Of a stretch of 64,000 nucleotides of DNA, positions 1-15,200 are shown in pieces (position 1 is the stretch's first letter; each line of letters begins with the position of its first letter). The stretch is taken from contig NMRA01000790.1 in assembly GCA_002633005.1 (NCBI GenBank), positions 36,835 to 100,834 of the forward strand, given 5' to 3'. Made by a program: the position numbers and the translations under genes. The notes under the pieces are model-generated. The model worked only from the letters and a program-made list of their open reading frames with translations, ran no database searches and was not told the DNA's origin. The stretch comes from Phoronis australis (Eukaryota > Animalia > Phoronida).

Positions 1-2799
1 TTGAATGGTTTTTGATGCAAAAACCTACCCCTAGCAGACTCAGGGAAAAATTGATATCTTGTCTATGCCATTTTACTGCTTTTGGTAGAATGTTAATACA
101 TGATACGGAATATTCAAATGTTAATGTGTAACAAGGATGAATCATAAATGTATAAGAATTTGTACCGTAACAATAATTAACTAATAAATGGAACACTTGC
201 GGAACCGTTCCGCAGGATGTCAATTTTATATTATAATATTTCCCAGTTAAATGGTTTTCTTACATCAGTGTTAGAGCACATTTTATTTTTCCATGATTTT
301 TGGATACCTCAGAATTGAGCATTTTGCCTTCTATGCAAAAATTTAATCGGAAAAATAAATTTTTAAAAATTTTTTCTTTAATGTCCTGTGTATGTGCAAT
401 GACATGAGCAAAAAAGTAGGGTTTCCCAATTAGTTTTCAAGCTACAGGTATCTTAGCTCAAACAGAAAATTCACTTTCTCAAAAATATGCTAAATTACAC
501 AACTACAGCTGTGATTCACCTCATGATGATTTTGCCCTATCGATGGTAATGTGAAAAACGTTTAAGTTAAAGGGAATAAACTAACGAAACAAATTTCATC
601 GTAAGTGAATTAAAATTTGCTGGTGTACAACGAATTAAGATGTAGTCATGTATAGTGTCTACACTTTTGTTTGTTAAAGAATTTATTTAGGAATGAGTAG
701 AAAGTAAAAATAATAAAGTACCATTTGAATGACCACGTGATTCAACAGCCTAAAGATGGTAAAATATTGTTCTTGTTTAAATAAGTTTGCAAAAATGTGG
801 CTGCCATAGTTTTGGGTTCTCCTTGTTATATCAGCAGATTCCACAATTTAGAACAAAAACAATTGCCAAAGTTGCCATTTTTCCAGTTTAACAAGTAGCG
901 AAGTAAATGTTTTCATTCTTTTTACTTTTGTTGAAAATTTGACAAAATAAAATTTTACTGTTCCACCATATTGCGTTATAAATTGAGGAATCTTTACTTC
1001 AATGTATAGAGACCCTATCACTCTAACCAAGGTGTGGGAAATCTTTCTTAGCCACTGAAGTTAAATTGCCAATCTCCTGTTGTCCTCTGCATGGTAATGT
1101 GATGCAAACAGAGCAATAAATGGTCAATACAGCTTGGAGGTCAACCTGCCAGTGTGTCAACTGGTTTATAAGAGTTGGACTTTGATTCAGAGATTTTGAG
1201 ATTGTACACCCATAAATTAGGAGCCTGGTGAAAAGCAATGGTGTAAAGTAGAGGTTTAAAGATGGTGAAAAGTAAAAGTGAATAGAAAGAAAAGAAAAAA
1301 ATACAAATTTATCAAAGACAGAACAACAAATTTCAGGCCAAAAGAATCCTCAAATATAACACATGAATTGAATGTAGAGAATACAATGCTTTTGTGACAA
1401 ACTTGTTCACTGTTTTGGGTACTACAGTTGCTTATACTGGTATGAAAAATATCCATGAAAACTCCAGCATAGAATGAACTTAAAGTTAATAAGTTATTAT
1501 GCACCTAAAATACTTTAATTCTAAGGTGATTGCATTAGAATTAAATGGTCAAGTTCTAAGAAAAAATGAACAATGACCTAGCAGTGTGCATAAACATTTT
1601 TAGGAATATATGATTAGTTGCTTAAATTTACTATCCCTCTTGGTGAGTGACTGTCTATTCTCAAGCAGTTCTTTAGTAGACCTGGCAAAGCCAACAATGC
1701 AGGGTATTAACTGATGTTATCAGGCTTGGCCTGAGCTAACTAATTCGATTACATAACTGGATACCACTGTGGGGATAGTACTGGTTTTGAAATGAAATGG
1801 GGATGGTCAACCACCATTAGATATGACTGTTGAACTGCATATCTGATCCATATGAAAGTCTAGATTCATCAGCATCAATCAGTTTCACAACAGGCTAGTA
1901 GTTCATTTGTCACTTGCAATGTTAGTTTTTTCACTCTCATTAATGTTTTCACCAGAATTAGTGAAGGTGGTGTGGGGTGCCCTTGCCAGTTCTTGTAGTC
2001 AGTCTTAAATAAACAGAATTTGAGAAATTTCACTCACTCACTCTTACAGACATTCACACACATAATTTGAAAATGGTGATAACAAAGATAATAAAAATAC
2101 CAATAATAATAACACCAATAATAATAACACCTGGTAATTCTGATATTACTAATAGTAATTAGAACAATAAAAAACATGTAGTAACAACTGCTATTATCAC
2201 TATTTAAACGGCAGAGAAAACTGAGACTGTTGGGCTCTGGAAATGAAATAATATTATACCCCTATGGATATGGAATTGTGTGGTATTCAAAAGGCGTGGG
2301 TAATGAGCTTCGATTTTTAAAAGAATTTTGACAGCGTTGTATAGATATAGAAAATCAAATATGGCAAGAAGCTGTAAATTAGATGCATAGCAATTTTTCA
2401 AATTACATCTTAAAAAGGAAAATATTAGACATAGAGAAACCGTGTATGAGGTCTCCACTGGTGCATATTAGATGCACAAATCATTCGCTGATTATAGAAT
2501 GATAAAGCTGGGACAACATTTTGAATGCTGAGAGAAGTTAAACTTCATTCAAGTTGGGACATTCGAAAAATTGAAATCAAGTACCTGACTTTTCAATTGT
2601 GTCCCCAGGCCTTAGAATTAGTTTTGAGATTCCAGTTGTCTCTTGAGAACTGTCCATATATTTTTCAAAAGTTATGCAAGCAAATGAAGAGCCAAGTGAA
2701 AAGAAATGTTGTGAAGTTCATGTTTTTGCTAATACGTGTAAACTGTCTGTACTAAACGATGATCGAATGTGAACATAATAATGGGAATGAGCTCCACAA

Positions 2800-5250
2800 A
2801 GCCATTGGTTCTGGAACCATTCTGCTTGCGGAACAAATCCGAAACAGTAACATTGTTCAACTAATTATTGTTAGGATTGTCACGTTGATACTTTCAAGTG
2901 GTATTGAAAATGGGATGCATTTTAACTTTATTGGGCAAAACAAAAACCCCGAAAAACCATTCTGTGTGGAAAATCGTTCCGCATGCGAAACGGTTCCGCA
3001 ACTCACATTTAGGAAATAATTATTGTTAGGGTAGAAATTCTGATACATTCATGTTTATGCTTTTTGCACACTAAGATTTGAATATTTCCTGTCTTGTGTT
3101 AAACTCTACCATGAGCGGTTAAATGGCATAACCAAATGTCAATTTTTTCCGAGTCAGCTTGAGGTAGGTTTCTACAACACAAACCATTCAGCAAGTTCAT
3201 CACTGATTAATTATGGTTCATGTTGACACATTGATCTGTCCATGTGTTATTGACAATATAATGTATTTAAACTTTAATTCGCAAGCATGAATTTAAAAAA
3301 ATGTGAGCTCCACAAAACCATTGTTTGCGGAACGGTTCAGTAACTGTCATATTGACCACCTAATTATTGTCAGGATTGTCAGATTGATACTTTCAAGTGG
3401 CATTGATAATAGAATGCATTTTAAGTTCATTGGGCAAAACCAATACCAAGCAAAACCATTCTGTTTGGGAAAACGCTCCCCATGCGGAATGATTCCGCTT
3501 GCGGAACGGTTCCGCAGCTGTCGCATTGATCAACTAATTACAGTTAGGATTGTCACATCGATACTTTCAGGTGGCATTGATAATGGAATGCATTTTCAGT
3601 TGATTGGTGAAATAAAAACCCCGCAAAACCATTTTGTTTCGGAAATCGCTCCCCAAGCAGAATTTTTCCGCATGCGGAACAGTTCCCCAACTGTCACTTT
3701 TATTAATTAAATATTGTTGGGATAGAAATTCTGATACTTTGATGTTTAATGCTTGTTCCACATTAAGATTCAAATATTTCGTGGCTTGCGTTAAGGTTCT
3801 ACCAAAAGCGGTAAAATGTCATAGACAATATGTCGATTTTTACCCGAGTCTGCTTGAGGTAGGTTTCTGCATCGCAAATCATTCAGCAAGTTCCCCACTG
3901 ATTAACCGTTGTTCATGCTGACACATTGATATTTCCATATGCTATTGAGAATAAAGTATATTTCAACTGAAATGTGCAAGAAAAATTTTTTAAAACTTGT
4001 GAGGATCACAAAAGTATTGTTTGCGGAACGGTTCCGCAACTGTCACTTTTAATAATTCATTATTGTTAGAGTAGAAATTCTGATACTTTTATGTTTAATG
4101 CTTTTTGTACGTTAAGATTCGAATATTTCATGGCTTGTGTTAAGGTTCTACCAAAAGCGGTAAAATAGCATTAACAAGATGTCAATTTTTCGCCCGAGTC
4201 TGCTTGAGGTAGGCTTCTTCATCACAAACCATTCAGCAAGTTCCCCACTGATCAATCATTGTTCATGTTGACACATTGATATTTCCATATGCTATTGAGA
4301 ATAGATTATATTTGAACTGAAATGCGCAAGAAAATTTTTTTAAAACTTGTGAGAATCACAAAATTATTGTTTGCGGAACGGTTCCGCATGCAGAACGGTT
4401 CTGCAAACGTCACATTTATTAATTATTGTTAGGGTACATATTCTGATACTTTTATGTTTAATGCTTGTTGTACGTTAAGATTTGAATATTTCATGGCTTG
4501 TGTTAAGGTTCTGCTGCCAAAAGCAGTAAAATGTCATAGACAATATGTCGATTTTTCCCCGAGTCTGCTTGAGGTAGGTTTCTGCATCACAAACCATTCA
4601 GCAAGTTCCCCACTGATGAATCATTGCTCATGTTGACACATTGATATTTCCATATGCTATTGAGAATAGAGTATAGTTCAACTGAAATGTGCAAGAAAAT
4701 TGTTTTAAAACTCGTGAGGATCAAAGAAGTATTGTTTGCGGAACGGTTCCGCATGCGGAACGGTTCTGCAACTGTCACATTGATCAACTAATTACTGTTA
4801 GGATTGTCACATCGATACTTTCAAGTGGCATTGATAATGTAATGTATTTTAAGTTGATTGGTGAAATCATATACCCAGCAAAACCATTCTGTTTGGGAAA
4901 TCGCTCCCCATACAGAACCATTCCGCATGCGGAATGGTTCCGCAACTGTCACATTGATCAAGTAATTATTATTAGGATTGTCACATTGATACTTTCAAGT
5001 GGTATTGATTATGGAATGCATTTTAACTTTATTGCTCATGAGAATTAAAAATTTGCAGAACCGTTCCGCATGTGGAAGCCTTCTGCAACCGTCACATTGA
5101 TTAATATATTATTGAGAGTGGGCACATTATACTCTCAAGTACTATTGAGAATGGAATGTAATTTATGTTTATTGGGCCGGGAGAAAATTAAAAATTTTAG
5201 TCCTGTGCTAAACTTTTCTGTTTGTGGAACTCTTCTGGAACTTTCACATT
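2800..5250. repeat. Complex tandem array of ~190-bp and ~360-bp units delimited by the palindrome TGCGGAAC-N-GTTCCGCA
   Basis: Recurrent units (e.g. near 3700, 4050, 4420 and near 3330, 3500, 4760, 4940) with gcggaacggttccgca at the junctions; an isolated copy near position 200. Confidence 0.8.
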
Positions 5251-6108
5251 GATTTTTAAAAATATTCCCATTCTTACAAATTAATAAGATGTTCCCCGGC
5301 ACAGCAGTCACGATATTCTGCCGACAGATCAAGACTGGGTTAAACAGCCTATACATGTAGCAGTTACGTAAATAGCAATGGTAGTTAAATTTCAGAAGAC
5401 TGGAAATGACTTCTTTATTAAAGACATACTTATGCAGTTTTACAATTGTAAAATGAAGAACCCGTTTATTAGGCAATTATGTGAATGAAGCTCTTATTTC
5501 AAAAATAGAATGGAAGGAAGGGCTGGAAGTGGGAGACAGGATGTTGTGGAAGTGGTAACACGCCATTGTTTAAGAATACTGTCTGATGCTGCAATAAAAC
5601 AGAATCTGTATCAAAGGGTGGTCGATGAAATAATTAGTTTCTATGTTTTTTGGGTGTACGTCGTTGTTGTACTGTGGCGGCAAAGTCAATTGAATTTAAG
5701 CGATTAACGTGTTTCTCAGACTGGAATCGCAAAATACACAGAAGGACCTCCTTTTCCACAACAATACATTCTTTCCTTTTTCATTCTTGTTTTTGGTTTC
5801 GTCCCCGTTAGTATGTACACCCTAATTTTAGCAGTCAGTAACCCCTGTTGAAGAAAGTTTTTTGTTTAGAGGGCATTTGATAATGGATTTTTACAACAAG
5901 AATTGTTAAAGAAAACCTAGAACTTGCAGACTGGATTTTTAGAATATTTTTCCTAACTTACAGTGTGTTATTGCGATGTTGGCGCAGAAATCATGTAATT
6001 ACCGTGAGCTAATATCTGTAAATGCAGCACACTCAGCAACGTCCATTAAAATGACTCCTTATTGATTGTAGATCACCCTGACTTGAGCACCTATTTTGTA
6101 ATTCACAG

Positions 6109-6216
6109 CGCGGTCGTACCCCACTTTTCGAAGCAGCAGGAGCAAGCCTTTATTTCACTGAACCCAACATGAAGTTGCTGCTAGAGCACAAAGCCAACGT
6201 GAATGCAGTGAATAAG
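6109..6216 (+). CDS. Ankyrin-repeat exon A1 (RGRTPLFEAAGASLYFTEPNMKLLLEHKANVNAVNK)
   Basis: ttcacag| acceptor, aag|gtagga donor, 108 nt, phase 0-0; matches the ankyrin consensus G.TPL..AA....KLLL...ANVNA. Confidence 0.85.
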
Positions 6217-9200
6217 GTAGGAAACAGTGGTGTGACAGGATTCAAAGTAAAAATGACATACCAGTCTGTTATTTTGATCGATACTTTTTGTTGACGCCTA
6301 TTATTTCAGGACGTTTGATGTTGTGTACAGTGTAGCGTGCCTTTGTAATTAATGTTGGGAGCATTAACATATTACGCCGTGAGTTGAGGGGGATGAATTT
6401 TGGAAAAGTTGACGATTTTTGAATGAAGGAGGTGGGAGGTTAAATTTATGGTGATGTCATCATGTGGTTTATTAGAACATCTCCATCACAGTACATATGG
6501 TTGGAAAACTGGTACACCTGTAGCAGAATCTGTCAATTTTTCGAAACCTACTGTTTCAAGCTTCAAAAAGTTGGTTATTTTTCACTAGGCTTATCTTATA
6601 AACACAGACAAACGGCAGTTTTACTTCATCACTGCCTATCACTGAGAATATTCATAGTGATGAAAAGCATAAGAGCTGGATTAGTTCTTCCAGCATCAGA
6701 CGCGTTCATGTTTTTCGGGTGATGCGATGTACATTGTGACTTTGTTATGCATATACATGTATGCAATGTTACGACAAAATATAATGTATTTCGTTATTCC
6801 ATTATATGACAGAGTTTTTACTGCGCTCTCACGCTATTCCTCAAGTTTCATTGTTTAATGCCAAGTTTGCTCCACTGATGGCTGCTTCAGTTGAGACTGG
6901 GTTGAGAGTAACAGAAGACGATAGTGTTGTAGCATAGTATTGGCGACATATAAAGAGTTGTTATGAATGATCAACAGTAATATTTCACATTTAATAACAT
7001 TTCGCATTAATTGGAAGTTTCGGACCCAATGAATCTTTACACTGGACTTACTACATGTATTGGTCCAAGACCTTAAATTTCAAACAAGTTGTTAAAGTTG
7101 TAATGCTCAAAGGTTATAATTTTGTGTCATAGTGGAACATTCACTATTTGTATTTTTAACTTGATGAAGTGTAAATGAATTCATAGTGAGGTTTCTTGTG
7201 CAAACAATCCCATGAGTGGTCAACAAAGTTAAACTGCGGTTACTCGGACGTTCCAGGACCACCTTCGGGAGAACATAATGTTGATCTTTTTAGCACATAC
7301 TCTTTGTACGCTATGAACTGTATGTTAGGGATTAGAGAGTGGTTTGCATTTCGACTAGACCAGGGATCCGAGTCTTGCATGCTATCGGCGTGAATGCGAG
7401 CTTCAGCATTAAGTACTGTGTAAGTTCCTAACAACTTTTGAATATTGTATAATCACTATTTTATTCTGCTATTTCTACACATTTTATCATGCTGTTGTTT
7501 CCATGTGGTTAGAGGGTGACCTGAGTGAGTGTAACTTGATTTGACGGTCAGTAGAACACTTGGCAACCAACCGCACTGCATCTTACTTGGTACTGTCACG
7601 CACGGGCAGATGACGATACTTTGTTCGTACACCTGTCAACTTCGACACCTTTGCATTTAATTTAATTGCTAAAACTCGCGTTTCGGGAAAACACGTTTCA
7701 TTGATTTGTGTAAAATCAATGGAAGCTGATTAAAAGTCCACCATCACCACCACCACCACCACCAATGTCCACCGTCATCATTATCACCATCATCATCACA
7801 TCATCAACATCACCGTCATCATCACCATCGCCAACATCATCATCGTCATCATCATGATCATCATCATCATCACATCATCAACATCACCGTCATGATCACC
7901 ATCATCATCATCATCATCATAATCATCATTATCATCATCATCACCGTCATCATCATAATCATCATTATCATCATCATCACCGTCATCATCATAATCATCA
8001 TCATCATCATAATTATGATCTTCATCATCGTCATCACAATCATTATTACCATCATCATCACCACCATCATCATAATCATCATCATCATCATCACCATCAT
8101 CACCACAACACCATCACCGCCCTCACCATCACCATCATCATCATCAGCACCATCATCAATGTATTTTAGGCCGTTGCTTTATTGCCACAAGGCTTCGCTA
8201 ATGCGTTGATTCCTATTTCCATGTTTTGCATGACATCGTTTAGATATTTTGGACCTATTCAAATAACTCTGAAATGGCAAAATTAAAAGCAATAAACATT
8301 TATATTAGTTCAAGTTTTTGTAGCGGGGCAATCCTTGGAGGACATAGGAAATTATCACCTGGCTATAATGTACATGGTCGATATTGATACTTCATAACTC
8401 AGCTGGGGCATACAATAGTACAATTATCACTTTTGATACATGTACATAAGAGCACTAACACAAACTAAATCATTTGAGTCCCTTTGCTTAGGAGCTCCCA
8501 GAATGTTTAGAGATTTTGTGGTATGTAAACCACTGCATAATTTGGAGGTTCAAAATCTAGTATCAATCCAGATATCAGTCTAGGTTTTTATAAAGGGAAA
8601 AATTTCTGTACAGTGTAAGCTCATTTAATTTTCCACACGAAAATCAATTTCAGAACCCCAGTAGTTCAAAAGATCACCACTTCTTAGTCCACAAAATATC
8701 AATTTATTTTAGGCTGTTGCTTAATTGCCACAAATCTTCGTTAATTGCTATTTTCATGTTTAGGGTGACATTGTTTTGACATTTTGGACGTATTCAAATA
8801 AATCTGAAATGCCAAAATTAGAAGCAGTAAGCATTTAACATTATTTGAAGTTAAACGCTGCAATCGGCGAAGCGCTGTCTACAAAACACCAGGTCGATAT
8901 TTATACTTCTCAGCTTCGCTGGGGCATACAGTGGGCGCAACTATGGTCAACGTACACTGGATTAACTCAAACGCATATTTTTGTGATCTTTTCACATGCC
9001 AAAATGCCACGTCGTTACCGGAATGTGAAATAATCCAAGCACTGCAGTTTCTTTAAGTGCGTGATGTGGTGGGGTCCTCCAATTGATGAAATAGCGAACA
9101 ATACATCTCAGCATTTTCGATTGCCTGTGCTGCACTGGGACCATCCTCATCAGAGTTTGAGCTGCATGCTCTGCCCTTCTGTTGTGAAATGCTCTACCTA

Positions 9201-12200
9201 TCTTTCCGACCTTTTGTTGAAGTTAGTGCGCAGCCCATTGCACAATAAAAGTCACTCCATCGTTGGATACCTGATTGCATTTTTTCACAATGGGAAATCA
9301 ATGGATGAATATAAATACCTTAAAGTGATGTGCATAACATTTTCTTTGTTCCGCTGGGCACAGCTTGTTCTGAACCCAGTCTAAGCAAGAGATGATTGTG
9401 GAGAGGATAAAGGAGATTTGGAGAAAGTCTTTTACTGCTTTACATTCATTAAAATCATAACTAATGATTAACATGATTTCTACAGCCAAGCCCAATGTAA
9501 ATTGGGAATTATATTTGAAACAGGCGTGATCACTACAATAATGATTGATCGAAAGCCCCCTCGACCCCTGGAAGCCCGCACACCAAAACCCACTGGCACA
9601 CACCTCTATCCACGACGCTCTTGACCCCCTACCCGCAACCCCCTCCACCCAGTCTACAGAAACTCAACTTGATCTAAATATAGAACAAGCGCTAACTTGC
9701 AGTACGAACTAGTTTGGCTGTGAGCAAGGCTAGTTTTTTCCTGTTTTTCAAACTGAGAGAGTTGATTCGTTAAGTTTTTAAGCCAAAAACAGAAAAAAAA
9801 CAACGGTATCAAATCAAATCAAATCAGAGACCTACTGTACCAACATTACATATCGTATCGTTCCGGGCAGGGTGTAATCGTCTCGTCTGCTCTTCGGAGA
9901 ATTCCAGATTCAAGCTATTTTTGGACATGTGTAATAGGATCACGAATACTTATTTTTTTCAGTTTGAAAAAATATGAAGTGGACTAAAAAGCAATCCAGA
10001 GGTATTTTTAGTATTTTGTTAAGGAGTATACTTCACAAAAATATAATGAAAATGACAAACTATGTGTATACACGTTATTATGCTCTCTCCCTAAATTCAG
10101 TGCAACATGGTCTATAGTAGTCACTGTGGAACTATTTCCCAGGCAGCCTGGAAGCTTTATGAAAACTGTCGTCAAAATACAGCTAGATTGTGTGCTGAGC
10201 CCCCTTAGATCCCGAAATTTCATACAGCCCGGGTAGTTCTCGTCAGCTCGTTCTTAAAGTTAAATCGACACATAAATCTAACGACCGGCGGGGGTGCTTG
10301 CAAAATCAAGAAGTCAACCGATACTCCTCTTTGTCGGTGAAGCCGTCTTCAAGTGAAATACAGCTTTGCACCAAACATAACTACTTCCGTGACAACGACA
10401 GTGAACTCACAATCCGCCATTTCTTACGCCACTTTCTGTCTTTACCACCAGTCTAGAGCCAGAGCAGATTTGTGTAGCCAAGTCTTATGCTAAAGTCACC
10501 CAATGGCGATGTATCAAAATTAGGAAATGTGAAGAAAGAGTAAGCATACCTCAATCTCAGCAGGCCGTGGGGTCAAAGGGGTTGTTGGTCATGGTTCATG
10601 GGGTTGTGGAATGTGGAGGTCGAGGGGTGTTGCAATAATCCGCATAATGTCCTAGGTGCCACTTTGGATCTGGCAACTATGAATACTACGTACTTACTCT
10701 TTTAGATTACAATCGACACTTAGTAACCTAGTGTCAGAGATTTTATTACCAGCTTCTTTGAGTTTGGGGAGAAGGGAGCGAAGATAGGGGGCAATGATAA
10801 TCGCTTCGAATTAGCAGCAGTGATTTTTAAGATACTACTCATTTTATTTGTCGCTTAACGTTGACCCTCTTCATTGTTTGAATGGCAAATTTAGTTAACA
10901 ACAAAAGAAGAAAAGGGACATAGGACCCATTGCAACTACTGTCTATTTGTTGAGAGACCTCAACTGCTATTGGATAGCCTGCTTGAGCAACACAATTGAA
11001 CAAAATGACTTGCGTGCACCATTCCTTACCATAGTGGCTTTAATATCCCCGATAATGAAGCAAGAAGTGAACTTCTAGAATCACCTTGATTTTTGCAGAA
11101 GATGAAAAACGAATTGTGCGAAACATCTATAGACGATCAAATTAAACAAATGTATAGTGAATCAAATAAGTCACGGGAATAATTAGTGAAAGAAACGCAC
11201 TGTGAGCCAAAACGATATGTCAGTGGAAAGAATAATTTGACACTCAATATTTTAAGAAAACTGTTTGTTAATACTATTTAATAAAAGATTGGTTTAATGG
11301 GAAGTCAACGCAAATATCCTGTATGAAGTCATGGCGGATTCAGAAAAAAAACACATACCATCGTTGACAGAATTTCACCCTGAATGCAATGTTGGTGAAG
11401 GTTTCGAGTGAAAATGAACCGGCAGTGCTACTGTGCTCATATATATTCAGTTGTTTAAAAACATGGTAAATATCCAATACAAGGCAAAATTCATCAAGTG
11501 AAGACCTTACACTGTATGTATCATTTCCCATTCCCATTATGTGTTTTCTCTCATTGCATGAAACATACCTGCTTTTGATATTCTAAAATTGCTGCTTTCG
11601 GTATGCAAAAACGTGACATTTTCTTCATAAACATTGAAAGCCTATCCATAAGTCCAAAGCGGTTACTTGTGTATGAGAGTCACACTAAGGTCACATACAC
11701 AAAGTTTTAAGCTGAGTCTGAAAGATGACCTCTAGAGATATGTTCTTATTTCTTTTCATTTTCTCGGGAAATAGTCCTTAATAGATAATTTCTGTAGATA
11801 CATATAGTGACTACCACATGTAGGCCTACATGTAGTATGCTTACCGCATGCTGATGATATTGCAGATATTGCAAGTGCACCAAGACAGTTATAACAACGA
11901 AAAAATTGATGAAACGAAATTATGAGGTTCAGAAACTGGGATCCTCTAGAGAGCGTTAAAAGTTGTCACATAATCTCTAAATTGTTTTTAAGATGAGCTC
12001 GAAACAGCAACCTGGGGGACTCATGCTCAACATTTTTTAGGGGCCCAGCATATAGTGAATAATATCGAAGAGTTTCTCTCTATACTAAAATTATGTGCTT
12101 TGCAAAAATGAGAGACAGAGGGAGAGGTAGAGGGAGAGGAAGAAGGAAAGGGAGATATTTGTACTTGCAAGAGAACTTCTTTCAAGCAAGTCTAATTCAA

Positions 12201-15200
12201 CGATAAGCAAATATTTTCTTGATTTGCCGCGCAACACGTCTAGTCCCGCTGTCTAATTCGCACATGAGACTTCCAAAACTCATAACACCAAGTGGAGACA
12301 ACTTCGATTCATAGGTATTAATGTGTGTAACGTTAAGTAAGTATGGATATGTATCGTATATATGTATATAACCCCTTCACAGAGGACCAACATACAGCAG
12401 AGTGAAATACATACACAAAACGTACCGAGAGTGGCATAGATGAATTCTTTGCGGACATTATTCTGCTTATCAAGCGACACAAAACGAAATGAACAAACTT
12501 GACATTTCCTCGGTTTTTAGGCACTTGCATTTACCCATTCAACTATAAAAACCGCTGTCGGGCGATTAGGGCACCTTTCATTCAACAAAAAACGCTATCT
12601 GTACATGTTTGTGTTTTGCAGGGAACATTTCATCTTTAAGAGTGACTCCATATAAAAACCAACAGCTAGAGTCTATATCCAAAATGACAGATTTTTTTAA
12701 ACTTAGCACATTAGTTTGGTTTGTTAAGATGTAGAAAAACCTTACTTTTTAGAATATTCATTTATTATTTCTCTTTTGATGACCTGTAACTACATTTTGC
12801 GTCAAAATTTAGCGTCGAAGTAGGCGTGTTTGAATGCATTTTACTAAGGCGTATGGTAAGGTCAACACAATTGATTGATGCGAATTGAAAGGGTAATGGG
12901 TGAATAATTTAATGGCATAACTTTCAAAATCCATTTTTAAATATGTATGTCTTGATTTTGTAAGGCAAAAATGGCTATGTTGCAGGTTTTCGCTGAAGCC
13001 AGTTTCGGCCAAATTTGGAACTCTGTAGCAGCCATAACGCACCTTTCCAGAAATTGACCTTATAATAATTTGTTCAGTCATTCCTAACCTGTTCATAATC
13101 TAAAATAAAAAATCTTGCCTCTACAGTAGTTTGTGCCTACGAAGCATTACAATCTGTCCTATTTGCATGTTCTCAGTTGTCTCTGCAACCGATAGAGGGC
13201 TCTTGGAACATATAATTAGCTTGCAAAACACGACAGAAAAACCTTGTATTTTGAAGAAAAGGCATACAGCATTACTAAATACCATTCACTGAAAACGACA
13301 TTGATGATTATTGCTTATTACAAAAATATGTACGTAAATCTACTGGCATGCGTGCTTCTTAATGATAGATGACACAGTAACACGAACCGTAACACGAGGA
13401 CCTTGCTTTAATTCAAGACTTCGCGAGATATTGCCCTGCATTTTAAATGTGAACACGTGGTTTTGGATAAATTTTAGAGAGGTTCTAGTGTTACTGAACT
13501 CATCGCTGCCTTACTCTTGTTTTCTATCTGCCTTGTTCAAGCCACAGGCAAAGGAAGGCACCCAAGCTGGATATGGCCCCCTGTTTAGAGCAAAAAATCC
13601 TTCAACTCGTCAATAGTCATTGTAACTTTGAGTTCATATTGTAATGTCCCTGCTGGTTGCTACAAATTTTAGTCGCCACCAGTCGCCATAAATCTGGTGT
13701 TCCCCCCACTCACCGGGCACGCTAACGCTCAATATTTCTGACATTGTCATCATCAGTGGTATAAAAAGGCTGAAACGTTCCCAGTCAATAGAAAATAATT
13801 CACGAGAGACAATTTTATTAATGACTCACTCATGACAGACACGAAGTAAACAGAAGTAACGGTCTCGACTTCATAGCAAACACACTGAGTGACTGACTCT
13901 GTGGCGTAGCAAGGGGTGGTCAGTGGGGCCCAAGGTGCTCGCTATGCCACTGGACTGTCTAGTGTAATTGCATCTCAACTGCAAACTATAATTAACTACG
14001 ATAATACATATAACATATGACGAGCACGGTAAAACTCAAATTTTGATAAAAACAAGCTACTATTAACATATCGATATCTCTGTTCCTCTTTCACTCTCAT
14101 AACTGCTTTTAATTCTGTACAGCCACATTTCCACCCTCGGCTACTAGGACACATTTTGCCCCTGACGTGGCCACCACAATTTCACAATAGACCAGCACCT
14201 GGCAATCCTCAACCACTGCCTCTCACCTAATTTGCACTCGGCCGCCACTGATTTCTGCCCCCTGATGCTACCCATTTGACTCAAGTTGCAACTTACACTT
14301 GTTTCGGCCATGGACCATTCTGTCTCTCACAACCAAACACTAAGGCCCTGGCCACTATTCATTTGGGCCTCAGCAGCCAGTCATTCAGCCCCTGGCCAGC
14401 ATCCATACTGACTTGAACTCTTCCTAGCTACCACTCATTCTCCTTCAGATGCCACCCACTTGTTTCAATTCATCCAAACCCTTATGATGTCGATATTTAT
14501 TTGTGTTTCTAACAGATCACTAATTGTTAAAATGATACCAATACCTAAGAATGAACACATCTTAAGATTTTTCATAACAAGATAATCCAACTAATAACTA
14601 AACTTCAACTTTTGTGCACTCTCAAGCACAGCTACAGACACGTGACAATATATGTACTTCCACTTTTAACTTTCCTGCCCATTTGGTTAAAAAACTTTCG
14701 TAAAAGTATCCTATAAGTTATTACCATATAGTTACTTGAGCTGAGCTGTAGATATTGTCCATTTTATAATTCCGAGTTTTGTTCTAAATTCCCTCACTGA
14801 TCGATGCGAGTGAAACAAAATTAACAATCCAAAACTGCTACAAACCAGCTGCTGACCTTCACCAACCAGTCATAATTACCAGCAACTACACAAGACAAAG
14901 AAAGCACCAATTTCAAGAGCTTCCCATATCTTTGACTGGTTGTTATGCTACAAAACTAGGCTAAACGTTGAGCTCATTTACCACTTCATTCAGTAAATCT
15001 GACGACGTAACAGCATCTTCAGCAGAAATAGAATCATCACCAGCATTGCTGCAGACAACCTCAAAAATCCACCAATTTGCTATTCACTAAACATCACAGG
15101 TAAACATTTTCCCAGTGGGTTTTCGTAATGTTTTCTCCATTTTGGCACTTCCGAGGGTGAACGTTTTTATCTGACTTATCTCCTTCATCGAATATGTTCG

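Larger units (their letters stand above)
5262..8850 (+). repeat. Segmental duplication unit, copy 1 (contains ankyrin exon A1)
   Basis: 5262-7610 aligns by eye with 22563-24855; 6690-8850 aligns with 28009-29886 + 30764-30910. Confidence 0.9.

Noticed and set aside
2800-5250. CRISPR-like appearance (palindromic repeat with spacers)
   Set aside because: The intervening sequences are long and are themselves repeats of two unit types; eukaryotic context; no cas genes.
7870-8209. Poly-Met/Ile/His ORFs (also 29032-29487)
   Set aside because: Translations of (CAT)n microsatellites, not genes.
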